From Syntrophales bacterium (GTDB lineage: Bacteria; Desulfobacterota; Syntrophia; Syntrophales; UBA4778), in NCBI GenBank assembly GCA_963665615.2, contig CAXXQE010000006.1, forward strand, positions 248,001 to 312,000: 64,000 nucleotides of DNA, written 5' to 3'. Position numbers and translations under genes: made by a program. Under the pieces are notes generated by a model. The model saw nothing but the letters and a program-made list of their open reading frames with translations, was not told where the DNA came from and made no database searches. Below, piece by piece: positions 57,140 through 64,000 of this stretch (position 1 is its first letter; the number at the start of each line of letters is the position of its first letter).

Positions 57140-58840
57140 ATGCTCGAGGAACTCCGCATCCGCAATTTTGCGATCATCGACGCGTTGGAGGTCCATTTTA
57201 CGCGCGGCCTCAATATCATTACCGGGGAAACCGGCGCGGGAAAATCCATCATGATCAACGCGGTCAATCTGATCCTGGGAGACCGCGCCTCGGCGGACCT
57301 GATCCGGAGTTCTGAAGATTCGGCGACCGTCGAAGCCCTGTTCACGGTCAGCGGCAATCCCGAACTGGCCAAACGCCTGGCGGCGGCGGGAATCGATGAC
57401 GCCGAAGACCTGATTATCCGGAGGACCCTTTCGAAATCGGGCAAAAACCGGATTCATGTCAACGGACAGACCGCAACCCTGGCGGTTTTGGCCTCCCTCG
57501 GCGAGGCGCTGATCAATATCTGCGGTCAGCATGAGCATCAGGTTCTCCTCGACGCCGATCGTCACATTGATATTCTCGATGAATTCGGCGGGCTCATGCG
57601 AGCCCGTTCCGAGTTTCGAGAACAATACGACGTGTGTCTGGCGCTTCAGACCAAACTACAGACCCTGAAGGGCGTCGCGGATGACAAGGCGCGCAGCGAA
57701 GACTACCTGAGGTTCCAACTCCGGGAGATCGATGAAATCGCGCCGACCGCGGGCGAGGATGCGGCGCTGGCCGACGAAAAAAAGGTGTTGCGTAACGCCG
57801 TCGGACTCAGGGAACGCGCCGAGCGGTGCTACGAAAGGCTTTACGAGCGCGAAGGCTCGATCATCGCCGAACTGGGACAGGTCCTCCGTGACGTTCAGGA
57901 AATCCGGCAAATCGATACGGGAATGGCGCTGGCGCCCGACGACCTCGAGGCCGTGCGGGTCACCCTGGACGAAACCGCCCTGGTGCTGAGGGATTATCTG
58001 GGCCGGATCCACGCGGACCCCCTCCGCCTCGACGAAATCGAGGAGCGGCTCGAGCGCCTGGGCAAGCTTAAACGTAAATACGGCGGCGTGCTGGAAGAGG
58101 TCCTGGCGCGCCGGGAGGTTCTTGCACGCGAACTCGACGGCCTGGCCTCCGTTGACGAGGAGATGACCCGCCTGGCCGCTGAGATCGCTCAACGGACTGA
58201 GCGGCTGCGCGACGAGGCCCTGGTCCTGTCTGCCAACCGCCGCGAAAAGGCACGGGAGTTGAAAGAAGCCGTCGAACGGGAGATCCGAGAGCTCAAGATG
58301 GAGCATGCCCGTTTCGAGGTCGTTTTCCGCGAAAAATCGGCGGCCCGGCCGGATCAGCCTCTGGATGCATTCAATGCCAAGGGAATGGATGAAATCGAGT
58401 TCTATCTGTCCCCCAATGCCGGCGAAGATCTGAAACCCCTGAACCGCATTGCCTCGGGCGGGGAGCTCTCCCGCATTGTTCTGGGACTGAAGAAAGTATT
58501 GGCAGGGGTAGGATCGGTCGGGACGATCGTCTTCGACGAGGTTGACAGCGGCATCGGAGGCGCTGTAGCCGAAATCGTCGGCGAAAAGCTTCGGGACGTG
58601 GCGCGGAGCCATCAGGTTATCTGCATCACTCATTTGCCGCAGATCGCCTGTTTCGGGGACTCGCACTATGTCGTTTCGAAGCGGATAGAGGGCGAACGGA
58701 CAACCACCGGGATTGCTCGTCTTGCCGACGAGGAGCGTGCAGACGAAATTGCCAGGATGCTGGGCGGAATCGATATCACAGAGAAAACCAGGGCCCACGC
58801 CAGAGAGATGTTGGAGGAAAAGGCATCGCCGCACGACTAA
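57140..58840 (+). CDS. recN: DNA repair protein RecN
   Basis: TGETGAGKS, GQHEHQ, coiled coil, ASGGELSR, FDEVDSGIGG, CITHLPQIA, EIARMLGG. Confidence 0.97.
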   Translation: MLEELRIRNFAIIDALEVHFTRGLNIITGETGAGKSIMINAVNLILGDRASADLIRSSEDSATVEALFTVSGNPELAKRLAAAGIDDAEDLIIRRTLSKSGKNRIHVNGQTATLAVLASLGEALINICGQHEHQVLLDADRHIDILDEFGGLMRARSEFREQYDVCLALQTKLQTLKGVADDKARSEDYLRFQLREIDEIAPTAGEDAALADEKKVLRNAVGLRERAERCYERLYEREGSIIAELGQVLRDVQEIRQIDTGMALAPDDLEAVRVTLDETALVLRDYLGRIHADPLRLDEIEERLERLGKLKRKYGGVLEEVLARREVLARELDGLASVDEEMTRLAAEIAQRTERLRDEALVLSANRREKARELKEAVEREIRELKMEHARFEVVFREKSAARPDQPLDAFNAKGMDEIEFYLSPNAGEDLKPLNRIASGGELSRIVLGLKKVLAGVGSVGTIVFDEVDSGIGGAVAEIVGEKLRDVARSHQVICITHLPQIACFGDSHYVVSKRIEGERTTTGIARLADEERADEIARMLGGIDITEKTRAHAREMLEEKASPHD

Positions 58841-58891
58841 TCACCGGCGGAAGCAGGTAAAGACGATAAGGATGAGAAAGGATTGATTGCT

Positions 58892-59347
58892 ATGCTGCGA
58901 AAGGCCCGTATCGGCGATGTCAAAATCATTCATCGGATGATCAATACATCCTCCCAGCGCGGAGAGATGCTTCCGCGATCGCTGATGGATATTTACGGCA
59001 GCTTGCGCGACTTTTTCGTTTATACGGATAAAGACGATGAGATTATCGGGATCTGCGCGCTCAACATCATCTGGGAAAACCTGTCAGAGATTCGTTCTCT
59101 TTATGTCGATGAGCGCTTTCGCATGAAAGGAATCGGCAAATTGCTCGTCGAGGCCTGCATCTCCGAAGCGGTCACCCTGCAGCTTTTCCGGATCTTCACC
59201 CTGACCTATAAAAAAGACTTCTTCGCCAAGCTCGGCTTCAAGGTCGTCGATCGCAACAGCCTGTCGGAAAAGATCTGGTCCGACTGCTTCCGATGCGCCA
59301 AGTACCCAGACTTCTGCGACGAAGTGGCAATGATCGCCGAACTTTAG
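58892..59347 (+). CDS. GNAT N-acetyltransferase (short ArgA-like)
   Basis: MLRKARIGDV, MLPRS, RDFFV, EIRSLYV, GIGKLLV, FTLTY, KIWSDC..C.KYP..CDE. Confidence 0.85.
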   Translation: MLRKARIGDVKIIHRMINTSSQRGEMLPRSLMDIYGSLRDFFVYTDKDDEIIGICALNIIWENLSEIRSLYVDERFRMKGIGKLLVEACISEAVTLQLFRIFTLTYKKDFFAKLGFKVVDRNSLSEKIWSDCFRCAKYPDFCDEVAMIAEL

Positions 59348-59380
59348 AAAGCGTGTTTTCCGCCGCCTGAACGATACCGC

Positions 59381-60667
59381 ATGATAAACTTCTCAAGATA
59401 TTTCATCCTGCTGCTGATCCTCCTGCTGAGCGGCTGCGCCGCCGTCCCCCCGAAACCCGTCGTCTGTCCCCTTCCTCTGCCCATGCCGGCACCGCCGCCT
59501 GTTCCGGTGCCGCCGGTCGTACCCCCGACGCCGCCTCCCCCCCCGCCCCTGGTCGGTTTGGTCCAAGTCCCGCCCGATCAAATCCCAACGCTTGCTGACG
59601 ACATGGATGAAGCATCCCTGGAACGGGCTATCGACAGGAGCCTCCAGTTTTTCAAGCGCGTAAAGAACCATCGCACCTTCAGCTTCGGCGATCAAAACTA
59701 TACCGTGCAGGAGATGCGTGAATCGCTGCTGAACTTCCGAGAGATCATCCTCTCGACGAAGGATCCGGCCGAGCGGGAAAGCAAGATCCGTGAGACGTTC
59801 GCTTTCTATCGGTCCACGGGCAGGGGAAACGGCAGCCGCGTCCTCTTTACCGGCTACTTCGAACCGGTTCTGGAAGGCGCCCTGAAGCAGCAGGGATGCT
59901 ATCAGTACCCGATCTATCGTCGGCCGGATGACATGATCCTGATCGACCTGGGAAAATTCAAGGAGAAGTATAAGGGGGAAAAGATCGTCGGACGCATAAG
60001 CAACCGGGAGATCGTGCCCTATTATAACCGCGAAGAGATCGACTCAGACGGCGCCCTGGAAAATCGAGGCCTCGAACTCGTCTGGCTCGCCGATCCGATT
60101 GATGCCTTCTTTCTCCACATCCAGGGTTCCGGCGTGGTGCGACTCCCAAGCGGACGGTTGATTCAGATCGGTTATGCGGACGCCAACGGCCGCCCCTATC
60201 GAAGCATCGGGCGTTACCTGATCGACAATGGAAAGATAACGCCGAAGGAGAGCTCTCATCAGCGCATTAAACAATATCTGAGGGAACATCCGGAGGAGAT
60301 AGACGACATCCTGAATCACAACGAAAGTTACGTCTTCTTCCGCATTGTAGATAAGGGGCCGATCGGCAGTCTGGGCGTCACCATTACGGGGGGGCGCTCC
60401 ATTGCCACCGACCCAAAGATCTTTCCGGAGGGTGCACTAACGTTCATCAAGTTGCGCAAGCCCAACTTCGACGATACGGGCAATCTCACAACCTGGACAG
60501 ACTTCTCTCGCTTCACCTTGAACCAGGACACCGGCGGCGTCATCCGGGGGCCGGGGCGTGTCGATATTTTCTGCGGTCGCGGCGAATCTGCCGAACAGAT
60601 TGCGGGCAGCCTCAAGGAAGAAGGCGACCTTTATTTTATTGTCAAGAAAAAGCAGAATTTCCCTTGA
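59381..60667 (+). CDS. mltA: Membrane-bound lytic murein transglycosylase A (lipoprotein)
   Basis: Lipobox LSGC, FTGYFEP, FFLHIQGSG, NGRPYRSIG, SYVFF, SIATD, QDTGGVIRG..RVDIF. Confidence 0.93.
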   Translation: MINFSRYFILLLILLLSGCAAVPPKPVVCPLPLPMPAPPPVPVPPVVPPTPPPPPPLVGLVQVPPDQIPTLADDMDEASLERAIDRSLQFFKRVKNHRTFSFGDQNYTVQEMRESLLNFREIILSTKDPAERESKIRETFAFYRSTGRGNGSRVLFTGYFEPVLEGALKQQGCYQYPIYRRPDDMILIDLGKFKEKYKGEKIVGRISNREIVPYYNREEIDSDGALENRGLELVWLADPIDAFFLHIQGSGVVRLPSGRLIQIGYADANGRPYRSIGRYLIDNGKITPKESSHQRIKQYLREHPEEIDDILNHNESYVFFRIVDKGPIGSLGVTITGGRSIATDPKIFPEGALTFIKLRKPNFDDTGNLTTWTDFSRFTLNQDTGGVIRGPGRVDIFCGRGESAEQIAGSLKEEGDLYFIVKKKQNFP

Positions 60668-61141
60668 TTGTTATATTTCTTTATGCTACTAAGGGCGAAA
60701 TTCAATTATAGTCGCTCATTCAGAAGATACGTCGCCGCTGTTGCTTTGGCCAAAGAGTTTTCACAGAGGCGTCAATAATAACCCCACGGCATCAGCCGAA
60801 TGATCGAGGGGCGTCCGAACTGCCCCGCTGGCAATAGGAGTTAGCGGCCATCAGATCGCGCGATCTCCGCGGGCCTCAATAAGAAAGATAATCGTAACAT
60901 CGTACGAAAACGGCGTTGCAATCCGTTTCAATAGAGCATTGATCATGCTTTCGCGAAAGGCGTCCTGCCATCATTCGAGCAAGCGCGGAGCATGTTAACG
61001 GTCTTCAGCCACGATGGATAAAGGGGCCGGCGTATTTCGACCGGCCGGACCCGTCACCCGTCGTCGGCAAAGGGAAGCAGGATGGTCATCCTGAGGTGAC
61101 GATATAACGCTTTATACTTACTGAAAGGGGGAACAAAGAGT

Positions 61142-61414
61142 ATGACGAAGGCAGAATTGATTGCAGCAATGGCGGAAGATGCGGGGATCTCCAAGGTCGC
61201 AGCGGCGAAGGCGCTGGATTCCTATGTCGGCAACGTGACGAAGGAACTGAAAAAGAATGGAAGACTCGGGCTGGTCGGCTTCGGCACCTTCACCGTCGTG
61301 AAGAGAAAAGCCAGAACCGGAAGAAATCCCCAGACAGGCGACAAGATCAAGATCGCCGGCAAGAAGGTCGTCAAATTCAAACCCGGCAAACTTCTCACCG
61401 ACAAAGTGAAGTAA
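61142..61414 (+). CDS. hup: HU family DNA-binding protein
   Basis: MTKAELI...LVGFGTF...RKARTGRNPQTG..IKI...VKFKPGK. Confidence 0.97.
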   Translation: MTKAELIAAMAEDAGISKVAAAKALDSYVGNVTKELKKNGRLGLVGFGTFTVVKRKARTGRNPQTGDKIKIAGKKVVKFKPGKLLTDKVK

Positions 61415-61433
61415 TTTTTGTTGCACTTTTTGC

Positions 61434-61477
61434 AAAGAAATCCCCCGTTCGGGCTCTCCGATCGGGGGATTTCTTTT
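61434..61477. terminator. Rho-independent terminator after HU
   Basis: AAAGAAATCCCCCG...CGGGGGATTTCTTT followed by T-rich tail. Confidence 0.85.
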
Positions 61478-61820
61478 ATTGCGCCGGCACATAAATCATA
61501 AAACGCGGAGAGGCGCAACCACAAGACACGCGCCGTCTGCCTCAACCCGCCTTACCATGCAACAGATGTAATATCTATTGACTTGTCCCGCAATTCTGGA
61601 ACAATTAGAAAACAATTGCGTAACCTGAGCGGCCCCCTGCCGGGCCGACCCATAGGAGAGACCGACCGTGGCCTGTTGTGTCATTATAGCGCTTATCCTG
61701 TTGAAGGTATGGGGGGTGCAGGATTTTCTGAAATCGGTGAATAAAAAGTTGCAAGCCTTGAGGTTCGCAAGAAGAAAGAACGCGACGCAGAGCGCACCAT
61801 AAGAAGAATCGGAGGGAAAT

Positions 61821-63791
61821 ATGGTCAACAAAACGATCGGTCAGATCAAGGCAATCAACGCCTCCTTCCTCATGAAGGATTTCGTGGAAGGACCTATCTC
61901 GAGAAAAAAAGCAAGTCACGCAAGAATCGTCTACGTCCTTTTTTTTATCGTCGGCCTCTTGCCGACGCTGCTGAACAAACTTCCCTTTCTTCCCACGACC
62001 GGCGCCGTCTCGCCTCTGTTACAGACACTCGGACTCGGCTTGATCGTCCCGGGCGGCGGCTTTCTCGCATTGGGCCCCTGGGGCATTCTTGGGTTTCTGT
62101 TGACCCTCATCCTCGTCATGGCGGCCATGGTTCTGTGGTTCGGCAGCGGCAACCTCTCGGCCGCCCCGCTCGTCTGGCTGGTCTCGGCTGTCATTGCGGG
62201 CGCCATGGCGGGCCATGGCGTCTGGACACCGGGCCCATATATCGCCGTGGGATGCATCGGTCTCTATTTCATCCGGGGTGCAAGAACAAAAAACAAACTG
62301 CTCAAAAAACACCTCGCCAAGCGCGACGAACGCCTCGGGTACGTCCCGGAAGAGCTTGCGCAAGTCAGACAGACTGCCCAACCTGAGCCGGCAGCGGGCT
62401 CACTGGAACTCAGCCGCGAACAACTCCTGTTCCAGCGGGTTCTCTTCGATGAGGCCTTACAGCCCTTCGGCCAGTTCAAAGGCTATGACGACCCGGATAT
62501 CTTCCAGTTCGCTGCCATTCGCTACCAGATGAACCAGGTCCAGAACACCCTGAACAACATCTTCTATCACTATACCCCCAACTTTCACGGCTACGCAGCC
62601 GAAGCCCAGCGAAAAATGGTCGAGCATTACACCCACCGCCATGTCTGGGACTACTGGCGTTTGGAAAACTTCTGGGGAAATCACAGGATCGGCGCTGATC
62701 CGGTGGCGGAGGAAAGCAACATCATGCTCACGGGCTGGTACGGCAACAACATTGCTCTTTATATGAAGAACACGGGCGATATGCGCTATGCCGAACCAGG
62801 AAGCGTCGTTTTCCGGTTGAACAAGAAAAAGGCCTTCGACCACAGCCTCCACACCATCACCAACAATATCGTTGAAAACTGGAAAAAGGCGCCTTACTTC
62901 CTCTACCCGTGCGAACCCGACATGCTCTATCCCCTCTGCAACTGGAAGGCCGTCCAATCGGTGGTGGCTTACGACAGTCTCTTCGGCACAACGCATATGG
63001 CGGAACTGATTGATCGCTTCACCACCCACTACATCGACGAATTCGTTCCGCCGTCAGGGACCCTGCCTTTCTTCATCTCGAAGGCATTCGGCTGGAACTC
63101 CATGCGCCTCACGGGAGATCTTTTTCTCTACGATGAACTCATGGTGCCGCTCTACAACACAATCCTGCCACATCTCGCCGAGGAGGCCTATACCTTTATA
63201 AGGCACGATTACTTCAAAAGGCAGGACGGACGACTCGTCGTCAGACCGGAAATGAAGATTGAAAAACAGATGGACACCGGCAATTACAAACAGGGGTGTG
63301 GATCGTCCCTTGGGGGGCTGCTCTTGGCTGCCTCCGAAATGGGCGACGCAGAAGCCGTGGCGGCCGTTACCGAAGCGCTCAATACCCATGTGGGCTATCA
63401 GGCCGAGGGCGGCGCCCTGCGCTGGAAATGCTCGAATCAAGCCCACGCAACGATCACGCAGGCGGTGACCAACTTCCGCAACGCATGGCGCACGGTCAAT
63501 GTCAGCAATCCCCTGTTCAAAACCAACCGGGGGCCGGTCTTGAGCGAGGCGAGCTACCCGGAGGTTCTCGTGGCGAAGGCCTGGAGCGACGGCCGGGCTC
63601 TGGATCTCGTTTTCTACCCCGGCGGCGAGGACGGCCTGCAACGGATTACCGTCAGCCGCCTGAAACCCAATGCGCCTTACTGCATCAAGGGACCGCAAGA
63701 AAAAACCATTCAGGCCGATGAACTGGGATGCCTCTCGGTCGTCGTCGCGTTGGCAGGCAGAACGCCGGTCCGGATCGTGCCGGTTGACTGA
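61821..63791 (+). CDS. Membrane-anchored linalool dehydratase/isomerase (Ldi/Lis)-like protein
   Basis: N-terminal hydrophobic helices. IRYQ, VWDYWRLENFWGN, DPV...NIMLTGW, TGDMRY, YPCEPDMLYPLCN, YPEVLVAKA. GGAGG RBS. Confidence 0.78.
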   Translation: MVNKTIGQIKAINASFLMKDFVEGPISRKKASHARIVYVLFFIVGLLPTLLNKLPFLPTTGAVSPLLQTLGLGLIVPGGGFLALGPWGILGFLLTLILVMAAMVLWFGSGNLSAAPLVWLVSAVIAGAMAGHGVWTPGPYIAVGCIGLYFIRGARTKNKLLKKHLAKRDERLGYVPEELAQVRQTAQPEPAAGSLELSREQLLFQRVLFDEALQPFGQFKGYDDPDIFQFAAIRYQMNQVQNTLNNIFYHYTPNFHGYAAEAQRKMVEHYTHRHVWDYWRLENFWGNHRIGADPVAEESNIMLTGWYGNNIALYMKNTGDMRYAEPGSVVFRLNKKKAFDHSLHTITNNIVENWKKAPYFLYPCEPDMLYPLCNWKAVQSVVAYDSLFGTTHMAELIDRFTTHYIDEFVPPSGTLPFFISKAFGWNSMRLTGDLFLYDELMVPLYNTILPHLAEEAYTFIRHDYFKRQDGRLVVRPEMKIEKQMDTGNYKQGCGSSLGGLLLAASEMGDAEAVAAVTEALNTHVGYQAEGGALRWKCSNQAHATITQAVTNFRNAWRTVNVSNPLFKTNRGPVLSEASYPEVLVAKAWSDGRALDLVFYPGGEDGLQRITVSRLKPNAPYCIKGPQEKTIQADELGCLSVVVALAGRTPVRIVPVD

Positions 63792-63792
63792 T

Positions 63793-64000
63793 ATGGCGGA
63801 AACGACGGTTACCCTCGCCGTCAGAGGGATGTCCTGTGCCGCGTGTTCTGCCCGAATCGAAAAGAAACTGCGGTCGACGCGGGGCGTTGCCGATGCCGCC
63901 GTCAATCTGCTGACGAATCGGGCAACGGTTTTTTTCGACGACGGACTGGTCGACCGAAACGCGCTGATCCGCGTCGTCTCCGATCTCGGCTATGAGGCAG
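63793..64000 (+). CDS. HMA-domain protein, probably the N-terminus of a CopA-type P1B ATPase (truncated by window end)
   Basis: Translates MAETTVTLAVRGMSCAACSARIEKKL...GVADAAVNL...LGYEA with no stop before the window end. Confidence 0.8.
   Translation, partial: MAETTVTLAVRGMSCAACSARIEKKLRSTRGVADAAVNLLTNRATVFFDDGLVDRNALIRVVSDLGYEA

Noticed and set aside
59440..59560. C-rich low-complexity tract in mltA
   Set aside because: It simply encodes a proline-rich lipoprotein linker.

Overview
Bacterial chromosomal window of moderately high GC. Gene content suggests an anaerobic Deltaproteobacterium/Desulfobacterota-like, possibly syntrophic organism (inference only). Main blocks: (1) 1-4.3 kb: degenerate MobA-like gene, phenylacetate-CoA ligase plus ACT protein, small conserved proteins. 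(2) 4.4-22.65 kb: a complete type I-E CRISPR-Cas locus (cas3-cas8e-cas11-cas7-cas5-cas6e-[Bro-N gene]-cas1-cas2) headed by a WYL regulator and a stand-alone DEDDh exonuclease coupled to cas3. It carries a 112-repeat/111-spacer array whose last repeat runs directly into a single type I-C-style repeat. (3) 22.7-32.4 kb: rex with two Rex boxes, a trimeric group A3 [FeFe]-hydrogenase (HydCBA), and a signalling module built on an [FeFe]-hydrogenase-like domain fused to a histidine kinase, with two stand-alone receivers and a REC-PAS-kinase. (4) 33-52.5 kb: MCP, sigma54 two-component systems, truA, a QseE/G/F-like trio, xth, SPOR protein and multi-PAS hybrid kinases. (5) 52.7-64 kb: THUMP methyltransferase, DUF2889-like, two RdgC-like genes, nadK, recN, GNAT, mltA, HU, a membrane-anchored linalool dehydratase/isomerase-like gene and the start of an HMA protein. 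Intergenic regions hold several families of short palindromic and heptamer repeats plus a MITE-like element. All calls come from motif recognition by eye; no searches were run.
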